Source: a virus
Strand: one strand, 5' to 3'
DNA length: 64,000 nt
IMG/VR virus record: IMGVR_UViG_3300032893_000010
Location: 52,131-116,130 of that record
Shown here: piece by piece, positions 1-10,225 of the stretch
Layout of the letters: each line of letters begins with the position of its first letter
Position numbering within the stretch: the stretch's first letter is position 1
Notes under the pieces: generated by a model
Databases searched by the model: none
What the model was told of the DNA's origin: nothing
What the model saw: the letters and a program-made list of their open reading frames with translations, nothing else
Program-made: the position numbers and the translations under genes

Positions 1-226
1 TGCGGTATTAACCCTGTAGAAGAAGAATCTAACTTCTGTACAGCGTGTCTTGCTGCGAAGATAATAAATAAAAGAAGGAACGGGCACAAGAAGTAATGAG
101 CACGAATCCGTATGAGTGCCCAGAATGCGGTTCTAATGAAACGTATAAAAAAGAAAGAGATAAGCGTGTCTGTACTAAGTGCGGTACTGTGTTTACCTTC
201 ACAGGCAGCCCGGACAGGAATTACTG

Positions 227-556
227 ATGATCATGACAGATAAGATAAATGAGGTTTACTGGGAAAGAAATCAGCTAGTAGCAGTATTGTCCAAATTATT
301 TCCTTCTCATTTATCACGTCATCCTGACGACGACAAGGACTGGGAAGATGATTGGAGAACTATAGTATGTATCCATACCCCAGTTGGCCAGGCTACGTGG
401 CATGTTCACGATGATGAGAAGAATGATTTCTCTCATCTAGAGGAAAAATCAAACGACTGGGATGGTCATTCTACAGAGGAAAAATACAAGAGACTGAGTA
501 TGCTTCCTTATAATAGCGTCAGAAAGGGATTTCATGCCGGACTTCTGGGCACGTAA
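227..556 (+). CDS. WDGH-domain phage protein
   Basis: TPVGQATWH and WDGHSTEEKYKRL motifs; start moved to ATG 227. Confidence 0.55.
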   Translation: MIMTDKINEVYWERNQLVAVLSKLFPSHLSRHPDDDKDWEDDWRTIVCIHTPVGQATWHVHDDEKNDFSHLEEKSNDWDGHSTEEKYKRLSMLPYNSVRKGFHAGLLGT

Positions 557-986
557 GAAACAGGAGTTACAAAAAGAGGGAAAACTTCCTGTCCCCAGGC
601 CGTCTGTAATGGCTTCTGACGGTCCCTGGTGGCAAGACCCTAGGGAGACTACCAGACAGGCCCCGAAAGAGCCTCAGGGACCGTCTCAGGGCCGTGCGCA
701 GGCACCTAGGCCGGGAGAGTACGGTCAGGTTTCATGTCCTCACTGCCGCTCTGGGAATTACAGTAAGCCTAGTCCGTCAACAGCATCTAGATGTTTTGAG
801 TGCGGTTATGTTGACGGAAGGCAGCTTAATGAGCCTAATCTTCCTGGTATAGCTGTGACAGATGCTCCTTCGGTGAAGACAAGGCAGCTATCGTCACAAG
901 GTCATTTCGGGAGATCAGCAGCGGAGATCGCAGAAAATAACGCTGTGCTGGAACAGTCAGCACAGGGAAGGGCTAAACTTGGCTAG
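534..986 (+). CDS. hypothetical Zn-ribbon protein
   Basis: CPHC and CFEC pairs, 150 aa. Confidence 0.6.
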   Translation: MPDFWARKKQELQKEGKLPVPRPSVMASDGPWWQDPRETTRQAPKEPQGPSQGRAQAPRPGEYGQVSCPHCRSGNYSKPSPSTASRCFECGYVDGRQLNEPNLPGIAVTDAPSVKTRQLSSQGHFGRSAAEIAENNAVLEQSAQGRAKLG

Positions 987-1051
987 TAATCCTGCGGTAT
1001 GGGCTATTGCAGAAGTATTAAAAGAAATAAGAGACGAACTAAAGAAGATCA

Positions 1052-2116
1052 ATGAATCAGTTCATAAACAAGACAAATAGGCAATTCGGCGTAGGGACTG
1101 CTATTAAAGCAGCGGAAATAAAACCGCCTCCTAGACTTACATCAGGATCGCTGTCTTTAGATGTCATCTTAGGAGGCGGCTGGCCAGCGAACGGGCAGTG
1201 GGTGGAAGTGAGAGGCAAGGAATCTGCCGGTAAGACTGCCATCGCATACAAGACTATAGCAGCGAACCAGAAAAATCCTGATTTCAATGCTTTGTGGATA
1301 GCGGCAGAGCCTTATGATGTGGACCAGGCACATGCTCTAGGTGTTGATAATTCAAGAGTGACGGTCATAGCGACTCAGAAGATGGAGTTCGCTTTCGAGA
1401 TGGCCGTAGATGCTGCATCGTCTCAGGAGTTCGATGTGATAGTAATCGATTCTTATCCTGCTCTCGTACCAGATGAGGAAGCTGATAAGGCCATGGATGA
1501 GTTCACTACAGCTACTGGCGCTCGTAATTTCAATAAGTTCATACGTAAGGCTGGACTCGCGTCCAGGAGAGCTGCTGACGGAACTGACAGGCCATTGACA
1601 GGAATAATAATCAACCAGTACAGGGATAAGATAGGAGGATTCGCCAGGTATGGTGTTCCTCAGACTACTCCTGGAGGGCACGGCAAGGATTATTTCTACT
1701 ATACGATTGTAAAGGTAGCAAGAGATGACTGGATCATGGAGAAAAGATCTGGTAATCCAGATCCCGTTGCCGTGGGCCAGACGATTAAGCTTACTACTGA
1801 GAAGAACAAGGCAAATGCGCCCAGGCAGACCATTTCTCTTGATTTCTATTTCAGGGAAGCACCTGTCCTCGGTTTTCACAGGGGAGATTATGACACAGCG
1901 AAAGACTTCTTCACTATGGGAGTTCTATTTGGTGTCATCAGGAAATCAGGAGTATGGTACTACTATCAGGAAGAGAAGTGGCAGGGCAAGGAAAAGGCCC
2001 TCGAAGCTTTAAGACAAGACAAGACATTACAAGAAGACATGGCGGCTGATGTTCTTAGCGCAGCCACCAGACCAGAATTGGCTGATCAGCTAATAGTGAC
2101 AACTGAAGAGGATTAA
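1052..2116 (+). CDS. recA: RecA/UvsX-like recombinase
   Basis: SGSLSLDVILGGGWP, Walker A GKESAGKT, Walker B VIVIDS, INQYRDKIG, TTPGG. Confidence 0.93.
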   Translation: MNQFINKTNRQFGVGTAIKAAEIKPPPRLTSGSLSLDVILGGGWPANGQWVEVRGKESAGKTAIAYKTIAANQKNPDFNALWIAAEPYDVDQAHALGVDNSRVTVIATQKMEFAFEMAVDAASSQEFDVIVIDSYPALVPDEEADKAMDEFTTATGARNFNKFIRKAGLASRRAADGTDRPLTGIIINQYRDKIGGFARYGVPQTTPGGHGKDYFYYTIVKVARDDWIMEKRSGNPDPVAVGQTIKLTTEKNKANAPRQTISLDFYFREAPVLGFHRGDYDTAKDFFTMGVLFGVIRKSGVWYYYQEEKWQGKEKALEALRQDKTLQEDMAADVLSAATRPELADQLIVTTEED

Positions 2117-2358
2117 TGGAATCAACAGCTTTAGGTCTGCCCTTATTGATAGATTCGGGTACGGGTACGGAATTTTCTCCCATATCTACCTTTGTAGTAT
2201 CTAAGGGAATGGACACTGAGGGAAATATAGTTTACGCTTTGGCGTTTAGTGAGGGAATGGATATAATAGATGCCCTGGCTCTGGTGCAGTATGCATTGCT
2301 CGATGTAAATGAGAGAGTGAAGAGACTTGTTACGTCAGGATCACAAGAGACGGAGTAA
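2116..2358 (+). CDS. hypothetical protein
   Basis: start overlaps recA stop. Confidence 0.6.
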   Translation: MESTALGLPLLIDSGTGTEFSPISTFVVSKGMDTEGNIVYALAFSEGMDIIDALALVQYALLDVNERVKRLVTSGSQETE

Positions 2359-2677
2359 ACTCCAGGAGGCAAGAACAGCAAAGGATTTCAGAGGCAGGGT
2401 AACTCCTGCCTCTGGCTCCCAGTGGCATAGCAAGGGTGACGTGAAAACAAAAAACTGGCTTATAGAATGCAAGACGACCACTAAGCAATCTTATTCATTG
2501 AAGGTCCAGACTTGGCATAAGATATGGAAAGAGGCAATGTCAGAGGGTAGAGATCCTCTTATGGTTATAGACTTTGCTGAGGATGATACATCTTTAGTGG
2601 TAATCGATAAAGAAGATTTTCTTGCAATTCTCTCTCAGCCTATATACAGAGAGCTGAACAAGGAAATTGGTACTTAG
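2327..2677 (+). CDS. PD-(D/E)XK nuclease, Holliday junction resolvase-like
   Basis: SGS..KGDV..LIECKTT. Confidence 0.75.
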   Translation: MLRQDHKRRSKLQEARTAKDFRGRVTPASGSQWHSKGDVKTKNWLIECKTTTKQSYSLKVQTWHKIWKEAMSEGRDPLMVIDFAEDDTSLVVIDKEDFLAILSQPIYRELNKEIGT

Positions 2678-3050
2678 ACTGAGGAAAGCTGCCCCAGGCC
2701 AGTGGGATGATGCCAAGTGCAGGATCATAAGGGTAACTGAGGATTATGATCCTTTCTTCGAGGATGAGCACATGGATGATGCCCTGGATTTCTGTAACGG
2801 CCTTCATGATGATACGGTATGCCCGATAAGGCACAAATGCCTTCTGTTCGCCCTCTCTAATAATGAGAAGTTCGGTGTGTGGGGAGGCATGAGTGAGCTT
2901 GGAAGGAAAGCTATCAGGAAGAAAATGCCTGCTAGGGGAGGAAAACCTAATTATGACTGGCAGTGGATGAATGAGGAAACTGCGTTGTCAGGTCTTGATG
3001 CTGACAGATTGAGAAGAGAGCTAGATGAGGAAAAGAACTACCAAGACTGA
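2667..3050 (+). CDS. whiB: WhiB family transcription factor
   Basis: four Cys (C..FC..CP..C) and FGVWGG motif. Confidence 0.88.
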   Translation: MVLRLRKAAPGQWDDAKCRIIRVTEDYDPFFEDEHMDDALDFCNGLHDDTVCPIRHKCLLFALSNNEKFGVWGGMSELGRKAIRKKMPARGGKPNYDWQWMNEETALSGLDADRLRRELDEEKNYQD

Positions 3051-4038
3051 CGGTAGGAGAAGAGTTACAAAGACTGATGGCCGGTTAGCTGATTATTCGT
3101 CTCTGAGAACTGCTACGGGGATAGTAATCCCTGAAGTGCGGAGAGTACTACTGGACAGGGCAAGAAGAGACGATGAGATAACCAGGCACAGGAACAACAT
3201 CATATATCCTTCTGAGATGGCTAAGAATGACTGGTGCCCGAGAGCTACATATCACAGGATGACATCTGGTCACATGCCAGCTTCTAAATCATCGTTCACT
3301 TTAGAGAACGTGTTCAGTGAAGGTAACAGGATTCACGATAAATGGCAGTCGTGGATGGCTGAGACTGGAAAGCTCTGGGGCGACTGGAGATGCTCCAGAT
3401 GCTCTGAGTATGTATCGAATAGCGTTAAGCCTGGATCGTACTTCTCTGGTTCCTGCGTAGGAACAGGATGGGTGAAACTAGAAACTATAGGTGGCACTTC
3501 ATACGGGGTTTCTAAAGATCTGACTACTGATTTTTCTCATGACTGGAGATACAGGGAAGTTACGCTGAAGTCAGCATCTCTTCCGGTATCAGGCCACGCT
3601 GATGGTGCTCTCACGGAATATAATATTCTGGTTGAGCTTAAATCTCTCGGCGCTGGAGGTTTGAGGTTTGAAGCTCCTAATATGATAAAGCAGCACACCC
3701 ATGAGTCAAAGACCACATCTAAAAGCATACTCGACATTGACGGGCTCTGGAAAGATTTCCATCGTCCGCTGTCCGGCCATATCCGCCAGGGAAATATTTA
3801 CTTGTGGATGTGCCAGGAGAACAGACTGCCCTTTGACAGGATCTCATTCGTGTACGAATTCAAGGCTAACCAGCAGGCGAAAGAGTTTGTGGTTCCGTAC
3901 TCATATAGCATTGTCGAGCCTTTACTGGAAACTGCTGAGAATATCGTAGACTGCATAGCTAAGGGAACACCGCCTGACTGCTATTCGGGTAAGGGTGGCT
4001 GCTCTCAGTGCAGAGCATTCGAGAAAAAGGAGGAATGA
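3025..4038 (+). CDS. Cas4-like PD-(D/E)XK exonuclease
   Basis: PSEM..WCPR, GHADG..VELKS, QGNIY, C-terminal CSQC. Confidence 0.8.
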   Translation: MRKRTTKTDGRRRVTKTDGRLADYSSLRTATGIVIPEVRRVLLDRARRDDEITRHRNNIIYPSEMAKNDWCPRATYHRMTSGHMPASKSSFTLENVFSEGNRIHDKWQSWMAETGKLWGDWRCSRCSEYVSNSVKPGSYFSGSCVGTGWVKLETIGGTSYGVSKDLTTDFSHDWRYREVTLKSASLPVSGHADGALTEYNILVELKSLGAGGLRFEAPNMIKQHTHESKTTSKSILDIDGLWKDFHRPLSGHIRQGNIYLWMCQENRLPFDRISFVYEFKANQQAKEFVVPYSYSIVEPLLETAENIVDCIAKGTPPDCYSGKGGCSQCRAFEKKEE

Positions 4039-4343
4039 TGCCTTGCATCAGATGCGACGGGCTTGAAAAAGAAGTAGAGACCGGGTTCTTTGATGAAGTT
4101 CTCTGTACTTTCTGTGGTCAGCATCATCTGAAGTCCACGAATCATTCTGGTCCTTGGAAAGTCTACGTTGTAACAGATTGTGATTGCAGGAATGCTCTTG
4201 CTGACGTAAAAACTGATAAATACAGAAGCAACATAGCAGGTATCACTCATGAATACAGATGCATGAAATGCATGACAAGATATGTATGGTCAGGTTTCAC
4301 AGGCTGGGAACTTTCTCTTGAGCACATCATGGAAATGCTATGA
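4035..4343 (+). CDS. Cys-rich hypothetical protein
   Basis: several CxxC; AGGAGG RBS before ATG 4035. Confidence 0.5.
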   Translation: MMPCIRCDGLEKEVETGFFDEVLCTFCGQHHLKSTNHSGPWKVYVVTDCDCRNALADVKTDKYRSNIAGITHEYRCMKCMTRYVWSGFTGWELSLEHIMEML

Positions 4344-4702
4344 GTAAATCAAAAGCTAAGGGAACTGCTGCTGAGACTGCTATTGTCAATTACCTGAACG
4401 AGAGAAAATGGGAAGTAAAACGCAGACCACCTCAGGGAGCTAATGATAAAGGTGACATAGACTGCGGAAACTATCCTTTCATCTTGGAAGTCAAGAACTG
4501 CAAGCAGATGAAGCTGAGTGAATGGGTAGATGAAGCTGAGGTAGAAGCTGGCAGGGCAGCAGTTGACTATCCATGGCTAGACAACCCTCCAGCGGGCATT
4601 GTAGTACATAAAAGAGTCAGGAGAGGCCAGCCTAAAGACTGGTATGTGACCATGAGCGTTGATTCTTTCGTAAGGCTTGTAGAGGCTTGCTGGAAAGAAT
4701 AA
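4340..4702 (+). CDS. Holliday junction resolvase (phage PD-(D/E)XK type)
   Basis: SKSKAKGTAAE, DKGDI, LEVKN. Confidence 0.82.
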   Translation: MSKSKAKGTAAETAIVNYLNERKWEVKRRPPQGANDKGDIDCGNYPFILEVKNCKQMKLSEWVDEAEVEAGRAAVDYPWLDNPPAGIVVHKRVRRGQPKDWYVTMSVDSFVRLVEACWKE

Positions 4703-4748
4703 TCCGGTATACTGATAAGGTAAATATATCAGTAAACAGGAGTATCAA

Positions 4749-5015
4749 ATGGAAGAAACGCTATTAAAGGTCAAGGGCTCAAGCTCAGCACCTTCTCTAG
4801 CCAGCGTAATAGCACACGGAGTATACGAGAACAAGAAGCTGTGTCTTCGTGCCATAGGAGCATCAGCAGTTAATCAGGCAATGAAAGCAGTTGCCATAGC
4901 TCAATCATATGTTGGAGCTAAGGGAATGAGATTGCTTGTCATACCTGGTTTCACTGATGTTGAAATGGATGACGCTACTGTCACAGCTCTTGTATTCAGG
5001 ATAAGAACGGAATAG
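4749..5015 (+). CDS. spoVS: SpoVS family (Alba-fold) protein
   Basis: LKVKGSS..LAS.IA..RAIGASAVNQAMKAVAIA. Confidence 0.85.
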   Translation: MEETLLKVKGSSSAPSLASVIAHGVYENKKLCLRAIGASAVNQAMKAVAIAQSYVGAKGMRLLVIPGFTDVEMDDATVTALVFRIRTE

Positions 5016-5016
5016 C

Positions 5017-5292
5017 ATGTCACGTTCAGGAGAATTTGCGGCAGGTGCTAACTCAGGGCCTACAGAGCCTGCATCGTTACAGCAACGGGCGGCAAGGTTC
5101 AACGAGCAGATACCTGGGAAGTTCAAGCCTAATGGCATCAATCAGCAGATAATGCCGTCAGCTGACGGCATGTCATCTAAGGATGCGCAGAGACAGACTC
5201 CGAGTGGCATGCTTCCCGATTTCCTGAATGGTTCATCTCGGAGTACAGTTAATAAGCTTGTGCCTTCATACGGCATGAACCTGGCAATATAG
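5017..5292 (+). CDS. hypothetical protein
   Basis: ORF in compact operon. Confidence 0.55.
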   Translation: MSRSGEFAAGANSGPTEPASLQQRAARFNEQIPGKFKPNGINQQIMPSADGMSSKDAQRQTPSGMLPDFLNGSSRSTVNKLVPSYGMNLAI

Positions 5293-5301
5293 GAGTAAAA
5301 A

Positions 5302-5613
5302 ATGAGTTCGGAATTCCCCGCAGTTGGTGATGCAGTCCTGAAGTATGTAGGCGGCGGCAGGACATCTAAGCCTAGAGGCAAGATGGCAGCTAAGAATACA
5401 ATGGGCAGAGGATCTTCACCAACGGGAACAACAGGTAAGAGACCTGGATATAAGATTCAGGAAGCAAACGGTCCCAGATGCTATGTGTCGGCTACTCTTT
5501 ATAGGCCGAATGCAGCAGAAGCATCAGCACAGCAGCGTAATGTGAGAATAGTTCCCTCTGCCACTGGTTATGGTGATTTCTGGAAGAAGCGTCAGTTTGG
5601 ATCAGTGTATTAA
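5302..5613 (+). CDS. basic hypothetical protein
   Basis: AGGAG RBS; K/R/G-rich. Confidence 0.6.
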   Translation: MSSEFPAVGDAVLKYVGGGRTSKPRGKMAAKNTMGRGSSPTGTTGKRPGYKIQEANGPRCYVSATLYRPNAAEASAQQRNVRIVPSATGYGDFWKKRQFGSVY

Positions 5614-5825
5614 ATGAAGCATCAGGAAGATCCAGATTACGATGTACAGTTAGGTCGTTCGGGATCATTTAAAATGTCCGCTGACGCATGGGGTCACTAT
5701 AGCAGACTTCATTCTGCTATCCGCACTCCAGGTTCTAAGTCTCAAGCATCTAGAGCTATAGTTGGACAGGAAACATCAAGAGGCGGACTATCTATGAGAG
5801 GGCATAGTCGCAGAGGGTTAAATTA

Positions 5826-6362
5826 GTGTCTGCCTCAGTTTTAAGTTCACAGTTCACATCTAAAAAAGCTGTAGGAGCAAAGACTGCAAAAGTCTTCAAG
5901 AAGAATCCTCCTAAGACTATAGCTGATGCTGTTTATGACCAGTTGACTGAAGATTATCCTAAAGATGCGCTTAACTGGGTTCATGACATAAAATGGAAAG
6001 GCCCAATGGAGGTTCCCTCTACTAAGATTGACATGGCTGACAGGGATAGCTGGAAAGCATCTCATGAGCCAGAAGTAGTTGATCAATGGAAAAAGAGAAT
6101 ATCCTCTGCTGAGAAAAAAGGCGAACACGTAAAGCCAGTGGTTTTGATTCAGCGAAAAGGTAAGAAGATATTTCCTACAGACGGACACCATAGAACTTTA
6201 GCCTACTATGAAGAGAACAAGCCAGTGTATGCATGGGTAGGTATGCCAACTAGGACTAAAGGGCCATGGCTGTCACTTCATGACAAGCAATTCAAGAAAG
6301 AATCAGGGCCGCGAAAAGGCGGAAATCCAGGACTTTATCATTACGGAAGAGAACCTAGATGA
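5826..6362 (+). CDS. ParB/sulfiredoxin-like nuclease-domain protein
   Basis: PVVLI..DGHHRTLA. Confidence 0.7.
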   Translation: MSASVLSSQFTSKKAVGAKTAKVFKKNPPKTIADAVYDQLTEDYPKDALNWVHDIKWKGPMEVPSTKIDMADRDSWKASHEPEVVDQWKKRISSAEKKGEHVKPVVLIQRKGKKIFPTDGHHRTLAYYEENKPVYAWVGMPTRTKGPWLSLHDKQFKKESGPRKGGNPGLYHYGREPR

Positions 6363-6589
6363 ATTCACAATTAGGAAGATTAAGTCATTTTCATGAGGCT
6401 GCCACAGCTCATATGTCTAAGCACAGGTCTCAGGGTCCTCCAGGATCTATGGTTTATAATCCTACAAAACCTAAAACTGGTGCTCCTGGGAAGCATGCAA
6501 GAAACTATGGTGATGCTCAGGTAAGGACTTATGCTGGCCCTGGAAAGCATTCCGCTGGTTATACGGGTAAGAGAAGAAACCTGAGCTGA
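6359..6589 (+). CDS. small basic GKH-repeat protein
   Basis: PGKH twice, YTGKRR. Confidence 0.55.
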   Translation: MNSQLGRLSHFHEAATAHMSKHRSQGPPGSMVYNPTKPKTGAPGKHARNYGDAQVRTYAGPGKHSAGYTGKRRNLS

Positions 6590-6697
6590 TGTCTCTTTAT
6601 GATGTGCTGGCCACTCTTATAATAACTGCGGGAGTGGTATTGTCCGTGGCTATCATAGTGTACGGCTGCGTTTACTACAACCTGAAAGCTAGGGGAA

Positions 6698-7270
6698 ATG
6701 GCTAATACTAGCAATTGGTGGGTTCCGTCTCAGCCTTATAATGGTTCTCCAGGCCAGGCTACATATGGTGGCGGTGGCTCATATAAGTCTGACGTAATAC
6801 AGTACAGGTCTAATCTAGATGCTGCTAGAGCTGGTCACGGTCAGGTTCCTTTTGCTCAGTATCCTGATGGTTATCTCGGTTCGCTGTCTCAGGACAGGCG
6901 TCAGGATAAGCTCTTAGATGCTGTTCAGAAACAGCTTAACAAGAAGTCATATCAGCGCGGTGTTCATAAAGGCGAGAAGATTGACAGGTCAGACTATTTC
7001 TGGCCAGCAGATTTCAAACCTGACAGGGGGCTTGCCAGGGAAGCCAGGACAGCAGTATTCAACGGGAATACCATATCAGTACAGAGGTTTACTCCAAGGG
7101 GAAATCCAGTCGAAAGACTGGCTCATCTAGGAAAAACAGCAGGATTGACGCCTCCAGAACAGGAAAACCTGTATAAGCAGTATGGTGTGAGCATTGCTAA
7201 GAATCCTGTGGTTATCTCTGATCCTGACGCTAAAGCCAGGATGCAGAAGATGAGACCGTCATGGGTTTGA
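6698..7270 (+). CDS. hypothetical phage protein
   Basis: RBS; YPDGYLG and YQRGVHKGE motifs. Confidence 0.65.
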   Translation: MANTSNWWVPSQPYNGSPGQATYGGGGSYKSDVIQYRSNLDAARAGHGQVPFAQYPDGYLGSLSQDRRQDKLLDAVQKQLNKKSYQRGVHKGEKIDRSDYFWPADFKPDRGLAREARTAVFNGNTISVQRFTPRGNPVERLAHLGKTAGLTPPEQENLYKQYGVSIAKNPVVISDPDAKARMQKMRPSWV

Positions 7271-7314
7271 CGGTAGAATAGAAGAGTAAATATGCTATTC
7301 AGAGAGGTTTTAAC

Positions 7315-7623
7315 ATGTCAAGATCACAAGAGTTCAATCTTGGGACTTTCAATGCTGGTCATGCTATGCGTGATTATCACTATCAGGCCATGTCTGGAAT
7401 ACATGCTGACATCTCTCAAAGCCACAGAGACAGAGCGAGGCCATACAGATCAGGTAATCCCAAAGGAAATGAACATCTAGCGAAAGCAAAGGCTAGTGAA
7501 AAGCAATCTCTAAAATCCGGCAGGAAAAGAGATAAGATAAATGCCAAGTCTCGTAAGATAAAGCCAGCAATAATGGAATCACTTCCAAGACCAACTCATC
7601 GTAATCTTGCCAATGAAAGTTAA
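7315..7623 (+). CDS. basic hypothetical protein
   Basis: GAGG RBS; K/R/H-rich. Confidence 0.55.
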   Translation: MSRSQEFNLGTFNAGHAMRDYHYQAMSGIHADISQSHRDRARPYRSGNPKGNEHLAKAKASEKQSLKSGRKRDKINAKSRKIKPAIMESLPRPTHRNLANES

Positions 7624-7632
7624 GGTAACACA

Positions 7633-7983
7633 ATGTCAGCAGCACATAAAAGAGTAGCCAGGGCTCTTAAGAAGGGTGCGAATCCTATTGCAGGTTTCGG
7701 CGCCGTTTCCAGGAGAGCATTAGCTACAAGAAACGGTCCTAAGGCATCTGAGAAGGATCATCTGAGTCCAGATCTTTTCGGAAAGCACCATGCCTCATCG
7801 TACCAGAGTGCACGTAAGAACAATTACGGGTCTATGAGCGATCCATCTACTGGCCGTCATTCGCTGAATAACGGACAGGTAGGGAGAAGAGGATCATATT
7901 CCAGGGAAAAAGATGTGGCAGGCGCTTACAAGGATATGGTGGGCAGCGGATACACAGGAAAACACCGTAAGCCAGGTGCGTAA
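7633..7983 (+). CDS. basic GKH-motif protein
   Basis: FGKHH, TGRHS, YTGKHRK. Confidence 0.55.
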   Translation: MSAAHKRVARALKKGANPIAGFGAVSRRALATRNGPKASEKDHLSPDLFGKHHASSYQSARKNNYGSMSDPSTGRHSLNNGQVGRRGSYSREKDVAGAYKDMVGSGYTGKHRKPGA

Positions 7984-8675
7984 TGACTGTTCCCGATTTC
8001 AAGGTTGAAACCAGCCAGGTTATCAAGAAGTCACGTAAGCCAGGTGCCAGGTTCAACGTTTCTGGTAAAGGCCCGCTGCTTGTTGATTCTTTTTCTGATA
8101 AGTCTTCCGGGAAACCTAGATATAGTGTAAGCAGGCACGGAGATACTTTAGGGACTTCTGGGGCGGCATACACACCTGAGCATCGTGGCACGCCTCAGAC
8201 GAGATCAGCAAATGAAAGCACCCAGCCTAAGCAATTCGGAAAGCACAGAGCTTCTGCCGCCGCGAAACCATCATATGATTCTTCCAGGGCTAGAGGTCGT
8301 CACGCTAAAGGGGCTCACGCTAAGGATTACAACTTTGATGAGGATATGAGTAAGTCCAGAGCGAATACTGAGTATTCGGGAGCCCACGCTGAGAGAACGC
8401 CGAAACCTGAGGGTAAGCACGGGAGGGCGTATAATGCCAGTGCTGAGATATCAAGACATCAGGCAGAGAAGAGATCTGGTAAGACTTATATCCCCAAGCA
8501 TACAGCCGAAGGGCAGGCCCAGAGAGCTGAGATAGCAAAGCAGGCAGCAAGACAGGCTTCTATGGGCAAGCTTCATAAAGGTGTCCACTCATCAGTTCAC
8601 AAATTTACTCACGTTATCCATGCAGTTCACGGAAAGCACTGGTCTGAGCACATGAGATTGCAGGAGCAGAAATGA
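7983..8675 (+). CDS. basic His-rich GKH/GRH/GAH-repeat protein
   Basis: repeated G[KRA]H motifs, 230 aa. Confidence 0.6.
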   Translation: MTVPDFKVETSQVIKKSRKPGARFNVSGKGPLLVDSFSDKSSGKPRYSVSRHGDTLGTSGAAYTPEHRGTPQTRSANESTQPKQFGKHRASAAAKPSYDSSRARGRHAKGAHAKDYNFDEDMSKSRANTEYSGAHAERTPKPEGKHGRAYNASAEISRHQAEKRSGKTYIPKHTAEGQAQRAEIAKQAARQASMGKLHKGVHSSVHKFTHVIHAVHGKHWSEHMRLQEQK

Positions 8676-9091
8676 CAGCATCACCATATCTGGGATCAGC
8701 TAGTTCTGGAATCAGTGATGCTAAAGTAAAAAGAGCTGGGTCATTGCCGGAAACAAGATATGGTTTCGATGTTTATCCATGGTGGAATAACCTCAATGAT
8801 AAAGTGGCTTATGAGAGGATGTTCGCTGAGGGTCTTCCGCAGAAGATGAGGATCGCTCAGGCTATGATCTCCCAGAATCCCTTAACACCCAATGATGAGA
8901 TAAGACAGAATATGACTGTCCGTGGGACAACACCTAAGCAGGGATACCCTATCTCAGAGTTGACAATATCGCAAGTACTGAACCAGGAGTATCCTGGTCC
9001 TCAGGACAGAGTTAATACAACGTTGTGGAATGATTTCTCTGATTCTAACGGGGAGACTAATGCCACAGAACGACCAGGAATATTCTTTTAA
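8672..9091 (+). CDS. hypothetical protein
   Basis: overlapping start/stop. Confidence 0.6.
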   Translation: MTASPYLGSASSGISDAKVKRAGSLPETRYGFDVYPWWNNLNDKVAYERMFAEGLPQKMRIAQAMISQNPLTPNDEIRQNMTVRGTTPKQGYPISELTISQVLNQEYPGPQDRVNTTLWNDFSDSNGETNATERPGIFF

Positions 9092-9345
9092 GGATTAGCT
9101 ATGGCATATCCAGGACACAGATCATGCAACAGTGACATGCGCGCTGGCATGACAGATGGATCGTATAAGAAGGCCGCTCCTAACAGAGGCGGCGTGGTAG
9201 AATCTACTACGTTTGAGATAAGAAGGCAGATGTGCGGAATCTGGCATGGATTCAACGATACACCGATGAAGGTTCTTCCTGATGGAAGAACTGATCACCC
9301 TCCGTATTATGCAGATGTAGCATCAGAAGATGGAAGAGATAATTA

Positions 9346-9660
9346 ATGAGCGTTATAACAGATTTAGAGCTAGAATTTGAAGCTTTATACGATAAAGCTA
9401 AGGTTGCAGTAGAAGAGGAGCTGGCCAGCCTTCACGTAGAGGCTCAGGCACTTGAGGCTAAGGTTAAGACAGAACTTGTGCTGTTGCGTCAGAGAGCTGC
9501 TAACCTGGCATCTGATGCAGAAGTGGAAGCTGAGAAACTCGTTATCGAGGCCAAGCTGTTCCTTGACAAGGTAGTCAAGTGGATAGATGAAATCGAGGGA
9601 AAGCTTTCCACGAGAGTCAAGGATTACAATACGGGAGCGAAGTTCGAAGATGAAAGGTAA
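9346..9660 (+). CDS. coiled-coil hypothetical protein
   Basis: E/A/L-rich heptad pattern. Confidence 0.55.
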   Translation: MSVITDLELEFEALYDKAKVAVEEELASLHVEAQALEAKVKTELVLLRQRAANLASDAEVEAEKLVIEAKLFLDKVVKWIDEIEGKLSTRVKDYNTGAKFEDER

Positions 9661-10000
9661 TCCGGTAAGATTGGGTGTTACGATAGGAACAGTCGTTACC
9701 CTTATATCTTCAGTGTTCATGTTCATTTTTCACAAGCAGTTGCCATCAGAAGTAGTGGCATTCCTGCCAGCAATCGTAGCTTTCGTAGGTCACTATCTTG
9801 GCGTAAACTTTGCCATGACAAGAGCGGCAAAGCAGCTTATAGAAGAAGATGCTAACTAAAGAAATAGTAGAAAAAGCATTAGAGGAATTGTGGAATCCTA
9901 CTCCACCTTGGCCCGGCAGACCATGTAAACATGTGGTGCTTGGGCCATGTCCTTTATGTAACGAAGAATATCGGGAAAATAAAAAATAAAGGAGCATTAA

Positions 10001-10225
10001 ATGACTAAAGAAGATTTAGATAACAGGTTCAAGTTTCATCCTGCTGTTACTGAGGAGAGAAAGACAGCTCATGAGACTGTAAGGGAACTAGTAGGAGATT
10101 TAGCTTCAGAGCTTAATGATTACCTTCCTGAGGGCAGGGAGAAAGCACTAGTAATTACTAAGCTGGAAGAGGCAATGTTCTGGTCTAATGCAGCGATTGC
10201 AAGACAGGCTGATGAGAGAGTATAA
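10001..10225 (+). CDS. Acb2/Tad1-like helical hairpin protein (candidate nucleotide-signal sponge)
   Basis: NRFKFH..PEGREKALVITKLEEAMFWSNAAIAR. Confidence 0.7.
   Translation: MTKEDLDNRFKFHPAVTEERKTAHETVRELVGDLASELNDYLPEGREKALVITKLEEAMFWSNAAIARQADERV

Noticed and set aside
1057-1879. Minus-strand ORFs within recA, and similar ones within the helicase, vWA, Ro60 and terminase genes
   Set aside because: Shadow frames of well-supported genes
3025-4038. CRISPR-Cas system from the Cas4-like gene
   Set aside because: Solo Cas4-like exonucleases are common in phage recombination modules; no other cas genes or array seen
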